Assembly (NCBI GenBank): GCA_951406725.2
Contig: OX597821.1
Location: forward strand, 54,622,001-54,686,000
Direction of reading: 5' to 3'
From: Octopus vulgaris
Lineage: Eukaryota
DNA length: 64,000 nt
Shown here: piece after piece, positions 12,082 to 25,839 of the stretch
Layout: the number at the start of each line of letters is the position of its first letter
How positions within the stretch are numbered: position 1 is the first letter of the stretch
Program-made: the position numbers and the translations under genes
Notes under the pieces: generated by a model
Told to the model about the DNA's origin: nothing
Databases searched by the model: none
The model's input: the letters and a program-made list of their open reading frames with translations, nothing else

Positions 12082-12310
12082 TATTTTTATGTTTGTTTGT
12101 CTGTGTTTGTCCCCCGCCCCCCAACATTGCTTGACAACTGATGCTGGTGTATTTACGTCCCCATCACTTAGTGCTGTGGCAAGAGAGACCGATAGAATAA
12201 GTACTAGGCTTACAAAGAATAAGTCCTGGGGATCGATTTGCTCAACCAAAGACGGTGCTCCAGCATGGCCACAGTCAAATGACTGAAACAAATACAAGAA
12301 TAAAAGAATG
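11872..12310 (+). mobile_element. Full-length tRNA-derived SINE, family A (octopus-type, CORE-like domain, internal microsatellite)
   Basis: tRNA-like head gtggctgtgtggtaag...gggttcagtccc, ccttgggaaagt core, tail gtcaaatgactgaaac-aagaataaaag. Many copies in the window. Confidence 0.85.
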
Positions 12311-12341
12311 ATTCCTCATCTCTTAAATATAGAACTGTATA
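12311..12341 (+). mobile_element. Isolated 3' terminus of the tRNA/hammerhead element
   Basis: attcctcatctcttaaatatagaactgtata is the exact reverse complement of 2591-2621 and of the end at ~40298-40328. Confidence 0.7.
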
Positions 12342-12534
12342 AACAATCATATCAAGGAAATCTCAAAGCTATGTAATAATGTATGATTAATTCAAAACAA
12401 ATATGAATATATAAGCTTTATATTTGAAAGAGTAATCTGAATGTTAAAAGGTAAAAGAATATAAGATACCAACTTATCTTTCGGAAATAATAAAATTATG
12501 ACATGTGCATATTAAGGTTTAGAAACAACAATCC

Positions 12535-12640
12535 AGCCTTAGAAACCAAGCCAAATCAGACTGGAACCTAGTGCACTTCTCCTGCTTGCCAGCTCTGGTC
12601 AAACTGTCCAGCCCATGCCAACATGGAAAACAGATGGTAA

Positions 12641-12691
<51 letters not shown>

Positions 12692-12804
12692 GTGATGGTG
12701 ATGATGGTGATGATGGTGATGATGGTGGTGATGGTGGTGATGATGGTGATGATGGTGATGATGATGGTGATGATGATGAGTGATGATGATGGTGATGATG
12801 ATGG

Positions 12805-12873
<69 letters not shown>

Positions 12874-12895
12874 GGAGGAGGAGGAGGAGGAGGGG
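12535..12895 (+). repeat. RTE 3' tail expanded into a long (GAT)n/(GGT)/(GAG)n microsatellite
   Basis: RTE tail motif aaactgtccagcccatgccaacatggaa followed by ~250 nt of GAT repeats. Confidence 0.85.
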
Positions 12896-13536
12896 CAATT
12901 TGTTGTTGTTGAGCCACACAAAGACATACACACTCTGCAAAGTTAAAGGCATCCTACCTATGACCATACCATTTTTCTAAGGGTATTTAAAGCAAAACTA
13001 TGTAATGTCATTTCCTTTTCTTAAAACAATAAAGTGAGCTTTGGCTGTTGTTTCTAGTATGTGTAACCATTAAAGCTGTCTTGTTTATTTCTTTTACATC
13101 AGTAAGATTGTTGTTGCTTTATGGTTAACCCTAGGTCAGCCTTGATGCAACAGTCCTACGATCACTGTTAATCGTACCATCTCCATTCTATTTCTTCCTT
13201 TGCCCAGGGAATCCAGGATAACATTATTAAACTTCTGCTTTGCAAAGGCAGTAGAGTGTCATTTGAGATAGATTTGGCTGCTATTTCTTGCAACTTCAAG
13301 CAACCATATACAAGCATGCTCATTCGTTTGTCAATATCATAGATTTTGTTCCTCCTGTACCCCTTGGAGCATTGGAGGGCACCTGATCACTATCCCATAC
13401 AATGACAAGCCCTACCATGAGTCTACTCATAGGCCAGGCCCATATCTATCATTCAATAATTGTGTTTGCTTTGTGTATGTGTGTGAGTGTGTGTGTGTAA
13501 ATATATATATATAGAAGGGAGTGAGAGACGTATATA

Positions 13537-14460
13537 TCATCATCATCGTTTAACGTCCGCTTTCCGCGCTAGCACGGGTTGGACGGTTTGACCGGGTCTG
13601 GGAAGCCAGGGGCCGCTCCAGGCTCCAGTCTGAATCTGGCAGAGTTTCTACGGCTGGATGCCCTTCCTAACGCCAACCACTCCGTGAGTGGATTGGGTGC
13701 TTTTTACGTGCCACCTGCACAGGGGCCGGAGGGTCCGGCATCGTCACGATCGGTTCGAGCATTTTAACGTGTCAGCGGCACGGGGGCAACGAGGTCCGGG
13801 GTACTTTGGGGATCGGGGTATTTTGGGGATCCAGGGTACTTTGGGGATCCGGGGTACTTTGGGGATCCGGGGTACTTAGAATGGGTAGGGGGTATGTGGA
13901 ATTGCTGCAGAAAGCAGCCCGGGTCTTTGTAGTCACAGCATATCTCCAGAGATCTCGGTCCTTCGCCATTGCCTCAGTGAGGCCCAATGCTCTGAGGTCA
14001 TGCTTGACCCCCTCATCCCATGTCTTCCTGGGTCTACCTCTCCCCTGATACCTTCAACCGTTTGGGAGTGGCACTTCTTCACACATCTCTCTTCATCCAT
14101 CCGCAGCACATGACCATACCATCGCAAGCGTCGCTCTTGCACACCACATCTGATGCTTCTTATATCCAGCATTTCTCTCAGGATACTTACACTCTGTTTT
14201 GCGTGCACACTGACACTACACATCCAGCGGATCATGCTAGCTTCATTTCTTTCAAGTCTACGCATGTCTTCTGCAGTCACAGCCCATGTTTCATTACCGT
14301 GAAGCATGGCAGTTCGCACACATGCATCATACAATCTACCTTTTGCTCTGAGGGAGAGGCCTTTTGTTGCCAGTAGGGGTAGGAGCTTTCTGAACTTTGC
14401 CCAGGCTATTCGTATTCTAGTGGTGATACTCTCTGTGCATCCACCTCCGCTACTAACTTG

Positions 14461-14463
<3 letters not shown>
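13537..14463 (-). mobile_element. 5'-truncated RTE-clade LINE (RT C-terminus plus 3' UTR), frameshifted, inserted in (TA)n
   Basis: Translation RIRIAWAKFRKLLPLL...LYDACVRTAMLHGNETW...RRLRWYGHVLRM, then GRPRKTW...AKDRDLWR. (GAT)n tail at 13537-13550; 20-bp tandem repeat at 13790-13880. Confidence 0.9.
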
Positions 14464-14540
<77 letters not shown>

Positions 14541-15081
14541 ATGAGGAGGATGTTTCAGTGAATACAACTGAAACAGCATAAAAATGTAAATGGCGTTTGT
14601 GTATTATACTAAATGCATATACATCATATAAAGAAATTGCGTTCTGCTTTTTTTATCTGAGAGAAAATCTCTTCATAGACATGTAGTATTAAAAACACAA
14701 TATATAACAAAGTGAAACAAAATATCATAGCAACATTGACTCGTGGCAATGCTAGACATGTTTCACCCTCCTTGGTGCTTGTCAGTAATATATATCCATT
14801 TGTCACATGTCCGTTTTCCATGCTAGCATGGGTTGTTTATTTTTATGACAAGTTATAAATAAAAATGATTTAAAATTAAACTGGAGGATTACTCAATATT
14901 TTTTTAGTAGAGTACATGTATATTGACTTTTACAAGGTAGTAGATGACAGCAATTCTGAAATTTTGGCTTGTTTGCCTTCAAGTATGATTATCTAAAAAC
15001 ACTTCCCCTTGAATATGTATGTCTTGTTTTTTGTTTGTATGAAACTGCTGTCATATAGGATGAAACAAATCCTGGGGTTCT

Positions 15082-15266
15082 GGTTTTTCTGCAACACAGA
15101 GAAGTTAATGCTAGTAAGTTGTTATATAAAAGTATATTTTGCAGGCAACTTTCCCTGTATGAGTAACATTGGAGGTTTTTCTGCAACACAGAGAAGTTAA
15201 TGATAGTAAGTTGTTATATAAAAGTATATTTTGCAGGCAACTTTCCCTGTATGAGTAACATTGGAG
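15082..15266. repeat. 92-bp tandem duplication
   Basis: ggtttttctgcaacacagagaag...gtaacattggag repeated twice with one mismatch. Confidence 0.9.
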
Positions 15267-16022
15267 TACATAAGAATATTTGGTGGAACAGGATGCAGTT
15301 AGTCAAGTTTTATCTTCCCCTCAATGAAACAACAAAGGTTTCAATTTAGCAAGCCTTCTGTAAGCTTTGCTGTACCAGCAAACATTGACAAAGAGACTCC
15401 GAATTATGTTGGTGAATAACAGACAGGACACCCTAGTCTTGAAAGTCACCAAAATTAAATGTTCATTACTCATCTCTTAACAGACTTGTTCCTAGTTCGA
15501 AACTTTTTCATTTATTTCCCTGTTGTACATATTTGGTTTGGTATCTCAGCATTCAGTTGGTTTGAATTGCTGTAAAAGTTTATATCTCACTATTACTTGC
15601 ATGAAATATTTGTCTGCATATCCTGTCTGTTTGATGATGGTTATCAATTGACACCTGAATATTCACAGACTACTAAAGCTAGCAAGCTACATTTGCTTTG
15701 AAGTAGACTATTCTCTTCTTGAGATACCCTGACCAGTTTGTCATGCGTCACCTATTTTTAATGAAAGCAATTGAATAGAGAAGAGAGAGAGAAAGAGAGA
15801 GAGAGAGGGGAGAAAGAAAGAAAGAAAAAAAAGAAACAAAGATTGCATTGCAATGAAGTAAAGAGAAAGTAAAAGTGTGTGCGTGGGGAGGGGGGAAACA
15901 TTGAAATCATTGTCGACCACTTTCTAATAAAAGATTGTGAGCGTGTGTATGTGTGTGTGTATTTGTGCAGACATGAGCGTGAGTGAAGACAGATGTTTTA
16001 ATTTCCAGATGTAATCTTGTAT

Positions 16023-16382
16023 TTAGCCTTTTAACATTTAATCAGTCCAAATCCATCACAAATTTTTGGCCTCTTATACCTAGCCTACAATGTCATTACA
16101 AAAATAAATAAGCTCATCATTGAAGTCTCAAAGTTACAAGATAATGCCTGATTAATTCAAAACAATGGAAATAAATAAGCAAGCATTTAACATATCTGAC
16201 AGAGTAATTTGAATACGAAATGCACAAACATGGCCGGGGAAGGGGTCAGAGGCGGGATCCGCCATGCATGACACTCCTATGGGGGCAGCAATATCCCTTT
16301 TTCTGTAGGGGCCCAGGGGCAGCAAAATGAAAGGCTGCCCTGGGTGGTACACCCTAGCTATGCTAGTGGCTAAAAGGTTAAA
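16023..16382 (+). mobile_element. piggyBac-type MITE copy with nested GC-rich hAT-like MITE fragment (~16230-16368)
   Basis: Shares internal sequence with the 11738/36987 copies and ends aaaggttaa. The nested piece ends ccctagctatgctagtg. Confidence 0.5.
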
Positions 16383-16448
16383 GAAATTAGAGGTGATGAC
16401 CAATTCTAGATCTTGTTAAGCATTTTATAACTTAACAAAGTATATATG

Positions 16449-16508
<60 letters not shown>

Positions 16509-16614
16509 GTCTTGTTTCATTTTTTTTTACTTTTTGATGCCAACATTGGACTTGCAGATATTCAAGATGATTACCATCTATATTAATCTTCCTAGTCAGG
16601 AATTGCTAGTTTAC

Positions 16615-17215
16615 ACACACACACATATATGAGAGGCTTCTTTCAGTTTCTGTCTACCAAATCCACTCACAGGGCTTTGGTCAGCCAGAGGCTATAGTAT
16701 AAGACACTTGCCAAAGGTGCCATGCTGTGGGACTGAACCCAGAACCATGTGGTTGGGAAGCAAGCTTCTTGTCACAATCACACCTTTGATTACTGAACAA
16801 AATTATTTTTCTTGTATACAGGCAGGCATAGCACTGTGGTTAAGAAGTTCACTTTATAACTGTCACCTTGAGTTCAATTCCACCGCATACACCTTGAGAA
16901 GGTGTCTTCAATTATAGCCTTGGGTCAACTTATGCCATGTAAGTGGAATTTGGTAGACAGAAGTCAAGTAAAACTGCATGTGTTCTGTATATGTGTTTGA
17001 GTACATGTGTGAGTTTGTACTTTCATCTGTTTTACCTTCAATCTTTTACTTGTTTCAATCATTAGGTTACGACCATGCTGGGGCACCACTTCAAAGAATG
17101 TTAGTTAAACAAATTGACTCCACCACTTATTTTTTTAAAGCCTGGTACTTATCAGACCCTTTTGCCAAATCACATGGGGATGTAAACACACCAACACACA
17201 CACACATACACACAC
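16615..17215. mobile_element. Cluster of partial family-A SINEs in both orientations
   Basis: Matches at ~16615-16775 (-), ~16820-16980 (+) and ~17040-17200 (-). Confidence 0.7.
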
Positions 17216-17234
17216 ACAATATATATATATATAT

Positions 17235-17562
17235 ATATAAGGATTTTTTGCATAATAAGATAAAAAAACCAAGGTTGTATAGATATTAGAGCATTTATAG
17301 ATAGGTCTTACAGCTGTTTCTAGGATATTAAGACCTTCTATCCATAAATGCTCTAATATCTATACAGCCTTGGTTTTTAATCTTATTACACAAAAAATTC
17401 TTATATACACACACTGACATAGAACCAACATTGAACCCTTTATTCACAATATTACCGAATCTGGAACTTAACTATGGTCTGTCTATAGCACTTATTCAGT
17501 ATTACCTGACACCTTTGGGTCTCAATGACACCATTATCTCTTATAACCTCAACTTCTCGCTT
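17235..17562. mobile_element. Penelope-like hairpin-plus-tail insertion in (TA)n with half-hammerhead in the loop
   Basis: Arms ~17235-17310 / ~17329-17406. Loop reads GAAACAGCTGTA on the minus strand (17309-17320). About 150-nt unpaired tail. Confidence 0.7.
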
Positions 17563-17600
17563 ATATATATATATATATATACATTATGTATGTATGTATA

Positions 17601-18440
17601 TGAGATGGCATCAAAAAGTTCTCAAACTAGTTATGTTTAATAAAAAATAACTTATTTACCAAAGTTTTAACATTTTCTCCTTTGAAATAGTCCCATTGTG
17701 CAGCAATACAACATTCCCAGCATTCCTCCCACTCTTGGAATCCAGCCTGGAAGTTGTTTTCTGAGAGTCAAGGACCTTCTGTGATTCACTCTTGATCTCA
17801 ACAACAGAGTTAAAACAGTGACCTTTGAGCTGCATTTTCCCCTTGGGGAAGAGATGAAAGTCTGCAGCTGCTAACTCTGGCAAATAGCGGGTGTGCAGAA
17901 GCAATACCATGTTGCTTCTGGTGAGAAAGTAATAAGTAAGGAGAGCTCAGTGACAGGATGCCTTGTTGTCATAAAGAAGCCAATTCTTTATGAGATCCAA
18001 TCACTTTTGCCAAATATCCTCCCTCGAATGCTTCAAAACGTTATAGTAGAACTCTCAATGGACAGCCTGGCCCTGGGGGACAAATTCTTGATGCATAATA
18101 CAGTGGATGTTGAAAAAACAATGAGCATACTCTTGATTGAGCTGTGACAACTACTGTTTTATCTTTGAAGCATGCTCAATGTCTCTATAGCAGACTTCCT
18201 GAGTTTAAAGTAAAAGTTCATGTTGGCTCTTTGTTCCTATCCATAGCAAAAATCACCGACTACGGCATACATGTGTTCACAGAAACACAAATTTCACAAC
18301 ATGTGAAGTAAACACAGTGATGTCGCTCAGCACACTGCCTCATAAAGGTCACTGCTAGCTCTCACTGCACACACTATTGTGTGCTGCCATCTGTTGGCAC
18401 ACTACAGAACTAGTTCGAGAAGTTGTTGATACCACCTTCA
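17601..18440 (-). mobile_element. Internally deleted mariner transposon relic
   Basis: TIRs tgagatggcatcaaaaagttctcaaactagt / actagttcgagaagttgttgataccaccttca. ORF 17656-17910 LLHTRYLPELAAADFHLFPKGKMQLKGHCFNSVVEIK matches the mariner YSPDLAPxDFHLF motif. Confidence 0.85.
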
Positions 18441-19971
18441 AAGGTGCCATGCAGCATGACTAATCCAAAGACAATGTGGTTAGGAAATAAATTTCCTAAC
18501 ACACTATATTTCTTAACCTTGTCAATTGACAAGAGATACAGATAAAATAAATAATAAATTAAAAAATAAGAGTTAGGTTCAATATAATTGACTAATCCCT
18601 TGAAGGTAGTTCAACGACATGGTTACAGTCCAATGACTGAGATTAATAAAAGAATAAAAGAAAATGTATTAAATGACAAAAACAAATACAATAGAATCAA
18701 AAATGTGAAAGATATTAATTTTTTAACCATACTTTAAGAACAACAAAACTTTTGAGATTCATGGAACAATGAAGCTCAAAATAACTTGAGAGAATGTCTG
18801 TAAAAGGAGGAACTAGAAAATACAGTGTCATTTCAAAACAGAAATCACTAAATATCAGAGCCTAAAGCTCTTGTTCGATATCTTTTTAGTAATGGCATTT
18901 TATCAAATATTCTTCTTCCAGCTTGATTACCATTTTCTCCAGAGAATACAAGGAAAACAACATTGTATTGCCCATGGAAAACATTTAACTTATAGATTAT
19001 TCCAATATTTTATTTCTCACTATATTTCTTCCTCCTTTAATTATTCAGCTCTTAGCTTTATGTGAGAATTTGTAGAATTTCCAAGAAACAGTCTCTAAGG
19101 AGTTTTGTTTTGTGTAAACTAAAGAGAATTTATATCTTATTTTTAGAAAAATGTAAATACTACCAAATATTTAAGACCATTTTGTTATATGACTTATTCA
19201 GTTTTACTGTTGTAGCTCATATTACAGATTTAAAATTTAATTAATATTTCATTAATATTCAACAATGAGATCCTCTTTTCAACATGAATATAAATAGAAG
19301 ATACTGTGCTTATATATTCAAGTGTTATAGGGCAGGACCTATCATTTTTAACTTTCAATTATAAACATCGAGTGCTATTTTGCTTATGTTTTGTCACTAA
19401 ATAATTGACTCCACAGATATTTCTGCATACTTTTCTGTTCCTCATTCTTAATTAATTCTTAGAAGCTGAGACATATTTTCAGGATGTAAGTGTATGTAAA
19501 CAGACTTATATATTCTGCATCTGCTGGGTATTTTACATAATGAATCACATCTTATGAACACATACCATTTAAAGCCAGGAGATGTTCTATAATGATAAAC
19601 AATAGCAGTTAATATATTCACATTTGAATCTGCCAAGATGCTTCCAGAATAAACAGAAATGTTATTGCTCAGATCCCAACTGTCCTATGTGCATCTCAAG
19701 AATTATAGAAAACAATTTTCACCTATCACTAAAATAATTATTCTTATTCTAGAAATTATTTCACATTGATAGTAAAATTACAAACTAAATCCCTTACAAA
19801 CTAAATCCAACCAAAAACTTGGTATTTAACAATCCCCATTTTTTTTGTCTCTTCTATTAAAGATCATTCACTGGTTTTCTGACAGCTTTGCTTCAAAAGC
19901 CATTTAGAAGGAGAAGTATCATTGATTTTATCAACCCTGTTAAAGGCAAATATTGGGTCTATTCCCCATCA

Positions 19972-19974
<3 letters not shown>

Positions 19975-20025
<51 letters not shown>

Positions 20026-20140
20026 CCTATCTATCTGTCTATCTATCTGTTTGTCTGCCTGTCTGTCTGCCTGTCCGTCCGTCTGTCTCACTCTCTGTCT
20101 GTCTGTCTCTCTCTATCTCTCTACCTGTCTATCTCTTTGT
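19975..20140. repeat. (CT)n/(CTGT/CTAT)n microsatellite
   Basis: Direct inspection. Confidence 0.9.
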
Positions 20141-20382
20141 TTCTTAGAAAAGATTATGTAATACCTTTGATATTACCAGAATTCTTAATGTACCAATCTA
20201 AGCTGGTGGGTGCAGGCACATGGAAGTATGTTTATGGATATATATGCTGGTGTATCTGTGTATGTTCTATGTTGCAAGCTACAATTTTGCACTAAGGTAA
20301 CTAAAATTTTGCATAGAGGCAAAAATTTATGTGCTTCTCCTTCGCAAGAAGTTTATAGATTATATGACTTGTTCATAGATTA

Positions 20383-22728
20383 CACTGATCAACAAAATTA
20401 AATGTATTACACTCATTATGAATGCAAACCAACATTTTAAGACTAATTTTTCATACTGATTTCAAAATTTCACTGTTTGTATGCAGTATATATCAGTTTT
20501 TCAGTAGATATGTATTTGTATATATGAAATCATTAATGTAGCTAATAAGTACATATCGTTTTAAGAAAGTAAATGAGTTTATTGGATTAAAAATCATCAC
20601 TCATTCTATAAAGAATGAATACACACAAAAATGGGTCAGACAAAAAACAGACAAAGTTAGAACAACAGAGTTAGAAACATTGTGATTTGGATTTCCTGCA
20701 GTGTTCCTGATTTGGTTGATTATGGTAAAGTGTCCAGCAATAGTCAGCCTGCATAATGTCATTCCAGAAGCCTTGATACTGCTTCTCCATAGCACTAATG
20801 TCCTGGTGAAATCTTTCACTATGTTCATCAGACACTGCTCCAAGGTTATCTGTGAAGAAATCCAGATGGGAGTCTAAGAAGAGAACTTTCAGTGACATAC
20901 GAAGAATATTTCAGAAGATTCTTGATGCCATCCTTGTAGTTCATTGCCTTCTTATTGCCAAAGAAATTCTCACAGATCCAATTGAAAGCATTGCAGGCAG
21001 CTCCAGTTCATCCAGTGCTGTCTTGAAGCTAACGTCTTTGTCGAACTCCAAATTAGAGAAGTACTCAAAGATACTCTCTTTCAACTTCGTCTGTGTGATT
21101 TTGAGAAACTTTTCTACAATATACTCAAACCCTCTGGCATTTCTCTTCCCTAGTGTCTTTACAAGCTGTTTCATCAGTCCAAGCTTTATGTGCAAAGGAG
21201 GCAACAGAGCATTATATGGATCTACAAGAAGTGTATTCTTGATGCTGGACAGTCCTATCTGGTACGATATTCTTGTCTGCCAATTTGATTCTGAATAATG
21301 CCTGTCAGTTGCCCGACAATCTCACAGACATAAGAAACAACAGTATTTTGTGAAATCTAACTGCATTCCCATTAAAATTCCAATGACTTTTAAATCTTCA
21401 CATATTTTCCATGAGTATCTTTCATAGGTAATGGCATGAAGTAAAGTTCCATATTCTCATGGTTCATGAAGATGAGCGAAATGTGCAACAGGAATGGAGG
21501 ACTTCAAATTACCATTATGGATAAGTACAGCTTTTAAACTTCGTTTTGAAGAGTCAATAAACAAACGCCAGTCTGCAGAACCATGATTTTGTGATAAACA
21601 TTCAAAAAGACAATCGATGCTACTGCAAAAGCAAAGGGGGCCTTTAACAGTAAAACGTGTTTGTAGAACCACATTTCTGTGCCAAAAATAGGTTATACAA
21701 GCACTGTGCTCTAGAAGATATTTCTCCTTAAGTCTTGATGTCAACAGTTCTGCTTTATCTTTTGAGAGGGATAGGTCTCTGACAAGTTCATTCAGTTCAG
21801 CTTGGGAAAATTTCTGAGGTTCAAAGCTATCGTCATCAACCACATAATCTTCCTCAGCAGCACTAACATGACAGTTAGCATCATCATCTGACGTTTCAAT
21901 ACCATCATCTGGTGGAACTGGAATTGGCAGGCTTCCATTGTGAGGCACAGGTTTCATTGTAGAATCCAAATTGGGATACACAATTTTGTATTTATTCTTC
22001 ATAAAAAATCTTGTGACACTTACTTTGCAAAATTAACAGTCATTAAAACTGCCTTTCAGTTCCCTCCATATCATTGGAGTGGCAAAAGGCATGGACTTCT
22101 TATAATTGAACCAGTTATGTATGCCATTTGAACAAGCTGAGCAGATTAAATGTGGTGCCCATAACTTTTCCTGATCTACAAGAGGTCAGTCAAAGTATTG
22201 CTTATAAATTTCTTGATCTCTGGTGTTATTGTACATTTTTGAGCTTTCACAATAAATTGTCCACAGACATAGCAAAACACCTCAGGATGATTACTATATT
22301 GTCTTGATATTGTTAATACTATAAAACAAGTAAGGAAATAAATACAAACGGTTATACTCATATTGAATTTGAGATGAGGAAATATTTCATCAGACCAATT
22401 ATGACTGGACAAGTTGAGATGTTGAAATACCTATTTCCTCAGACAAAATTTGATTGGTTAATTTAAGATGATGAAATAATACATAATAATGCAGCAATGA
22501 ATAATGTAGTTTATTTTAAAGGTATGTTTCAATGAGGTAAATGAAATACATGCGTACACTTCATTACTTGGAATTTCTGTATAATGCATGAGCTAAAACC
22601 AAAAAACTTTCTCATCTTGAAAAAAGTACGGGACGTCAAAATACTAATTGTATATTTGAAATCAGCATTAAAAACTACACTAAGTACACCTTGACATATG
22701 CTTGATAAAAAATACTTATTGATAGGTG
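20383..22728 (-). mobile_element. Chapaev3-type (CMC) DNA transposon, near full length, transposase disrupted
   Basis: ORF pieces HPEVFCYVCG, YPNLDSTMKPVPH, FSQAELNELVRDLSLSKDKAELL, WRLFIDSSKRSLKAVL, PPLHIKLGLMKQ, VSDEHSERFHQDI. CAC...GTG termini, TTA flanking both sides (TWA-type TSD), subterminal gatttcaaa/tttgaaatc. Confidence 0.88.
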
Positions 22729-24694
22729 TTATCTGACTAGATTATCTGATTTTATGCATTGCCTATGAAACTCAACTTCAACCATTTTCTGAATTACATG
22801 GATTCAAAACTGCTCAACTAGCAGAAGACTATCAACATTATTCTTATAACAAATTTATTCCAAATATAGTGAATTCATGATTATATTTATTTTAGGTGTT
22901 AATGAATCTAAGCAAGATAAAGTACACCTGCTAGAATTTCAGATAACATGCATGGTTTGTTCAGACATTTTTAATACATTAGTCAACTCTACAAAAACAA
23001 AAACCGAGCATGGATTTCACATACTATTGTAATTAACCAACAGGATGGAAGCAACAAGTGAAAGAACTTACTGAATAATTTATACCTTTTACTAAATTGT
23101 TCATTTTAAAGAAAGAAAATAAAACCCAGAACAGTGGGAATTATTTTAATCTTTATTTTTCATAAGCCTAATGTATTTTGGTAAAAGAATTCTAAGATGT
23201 GAGGATAACTCCAACATTTAAAGAAAATAATATTCTAATTATTGCATGTAGGCAGGTAAGGATAGTTGAGAATCAGTTCCTGGAGCAAAATCATTCATAT
23301 AATTGTGTAACTTATAATCTGAACAGATCTAAAGATTTTATAAAAATCTCTAATGGATCTAGAAGCAACACGTGCTGAGCTGTTTCTTTGTCATATCATA
23401 ATATATATTAATAATATTCTTCCTCAACATTTTTTTTTTCTCCAGCATTGCATTCAATCCACCCCAGGTATATTTCATGTATTGGAGTATCTTTTTTACA
23501 TACTTTTAACATTTCTTCTAGCTGTCAGCTTGTATTTATTTATCTTGAAAATATGAAATGTGGATGGAAAAAAACAGTGTTTAACAAATGACTTGTCATG
23601 CAAAGGTGATAGAAAACTTTTTCTTTTATTAAGATCTCACCTCTGTTAAGTGTGGGTGCCACCTTTAATAGAATATTGCTGTAATATAATGGCAGGAATA
23701 TATTTGAATAAGAGTTGCTGCCGGCATTATCAGTAGGCTGCCAGCCTAAACTTAATGGTGATGGTTTGCATCATATCCATACAGTTGTAGTCACAGAGTG
23801 GATACTGCACTAGACTACTTAAACGTTTATTGTGAGTTCAAGCCAGTTCAAAGTCTTTTTTGGTTTTTGCATTTTTCATGCAGTTCACATAAATTTACAT
23901 AACGGTTGATGAGTGTATGACAATCATCAGTGTTTTTTATTGCACATTTTATCATAATTATAAAATCTAACAAAAATTTAACTATGTAATTTCTTTTTGG
24001 AAATTTCAACAAATCCTAAACAGACTCAATTTTAACATCACCAACCCATATATTCCGTTTTTCTAGCTTGCTCCATAAATTCTGACCTGGTACTCTCAAT
24101 CACCACATTACTCAGAAACTTGCCCAATGGTTTTATCAACAGAAGGAACCTCACGGGTCCATTCCACACAATATGACTGTAATGCAGATGCTCAACATGT
24201 TTTTAAGAAACAACAAAAAATGTTGTACTGTAAACTAATATTCAAGCCATTCAATCTATAAAAACAGGGAATAAAAACCAGAATCTTTATTATTCTCAAC
24301 AGTGTTGCATGTGGACATGTTCTTTCAACCAACTCTTCTAAATTTATATTTATGAAAGCTGTCCAAACCTCTATAAAACATACACATAGTCTCAGAATGC
24401 GATGGCACCACTGTCATATTACATAAACTCACTCAGACAGTTACACAACTTCTTCAAACCTGCATAAATTCCTTACACTCTTGGGTCCAAACAAATAAGC
24501 TAGAATTAAAATCAATGAAACCCTCCATCTTATTCTTTATCAACATCTTTAGAAAATAAATACAACTAACCATCATACTAACAACAAAAGTGGAAAAGAG
24601 GAAGAATACTAAAGAATTATTTGATGTATCTCCTCAATCTACCTTTTCTTCAGATACTACTCTGCTCCTCCCACACAGTGAATGGTATATACCA

Positions 24695-24930
24695 GGCAGC
24701 GAGCTGGCAGAAACGTTAGCACGCTGGGCGAAATGTTTAGCAGTATTTCGTCTGCCGCTACGTTCTGAGTTCAAATTCCGCCGAGGTCGACTTTGCCTTT
24801 CATCCTTTCGGGGTCGATTAAATAAGTACCAGTTACGCACTGGGGTCGATATAATTGACTTAATCCGTTTGTCTGCCCTTGTTTGTCCTCTTTGTGTTTA
24901 GCCCCTTGTGGGTAGTAAAGAAATAGGTAT
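24695..24930 (+). mobile_element. tRNA-derived SINE family B (Meta/MESC-like domain) with Tx1-like tail
   Basis: ggcagcgagctggcagaaacg...gagttcaaattcc...gactttgcctttcatcctttcggggtcga...tttagccccttgtgggtagtaaagaaa. Confidence 0.85.
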
Positions 24931-25839
24931 ATACTATTCACCCAGGGTACTTAGCATCTCCTCTCATCATCAAACTGTAGTGTCTCAACCACTAGTAAAC
25001 ATCGCTGCACACACTGACCAAATAATCCCTCTCCTCAACCCATATTTAAAACTCAATGGGATTCCAGCTCTCTGCTTTCATTTCTCAAGAGATATCACTA
25101 TATCTGTTTTAATTAAACAGAAGTTCACATATCTATGTTTGGTTTAACTTTTTATCTGCAAAATTAATAGAATTGATATTTTCTGCACATTGCATTTCCT
25201 CCATAAACTTAATATATCTCAACAGAGGATGGTTTCCAACACAACAGTCCTCAACAAGAGATAAATTGGTATATAAAACTGCTTTCTGCTGTTAAAAGAG
25301 CAATTAAATTTCAAGTGGACATATCTGATTTCTGCAGTGAAAGGGTTGAACAAATTACGCAACCTTTTTAGAGAAGCTTTCTGAAAAATACACATTATAC
25401 TCATTAATAATAAACTAATCAGGTGTAATGAGATTTAACAAAAATGCCAATCCTCCCATGGATAGGGGCCCATGGTGAATATAGATTCAGCAGTGCTATG
25501 TACACACAACATCCCTTACATCGTTGATTATCTCTTATGAAACCAAAGTCATCAAAAATGAAATAATGAAGTTAAACTTACTAAACCTTCATATCACTAA
25601 TTAAGAAGTTTCATGAAAAAACATTGGTGCTGCCCCTTCTGCTGTTATTTCTACCCTTTCCCATCTAATACTCTACAGTAGACAGATTAATAAACACACA
25701 CACACAGCAGCAGCAGTAGTAGTGGTAGTGTGGTATTGATGTCTCCCATAACCTGGCATAAAGCTACCTCCCCCTAATATACAGCCCTCCTGTGTGTATT
25801 GTTGTAGGGTGTTGTCACACCTGTAATACTGTGGCTTCG

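Larger units (their letters stand above)
11738..12455 (+). mobile_element. piggyBac-type MITE (TTAA-CCCT..AGGG-TTAA-like ends) interrupted by a SINE
   Basis: Starts ttaacccctta, ends gtaatctgaatgttaaaaggtaa. Internal atctggcc..ccctacaatgtcatt..aaataaacaatcac is shared with 16023, 36987 and 59009. Confidence 0.6.

Noticed and set aside
12519-12980. Poly-His/Ser/Asp/Met ORFs
   Set aside because: (GAT)n expansion of an RTE tail
15082-15266. Duplicated exon
   Set aside because: An acceptor-like ttttgcag is present, but there is no good donor or sustained frame; treated as a simple tandem duplication
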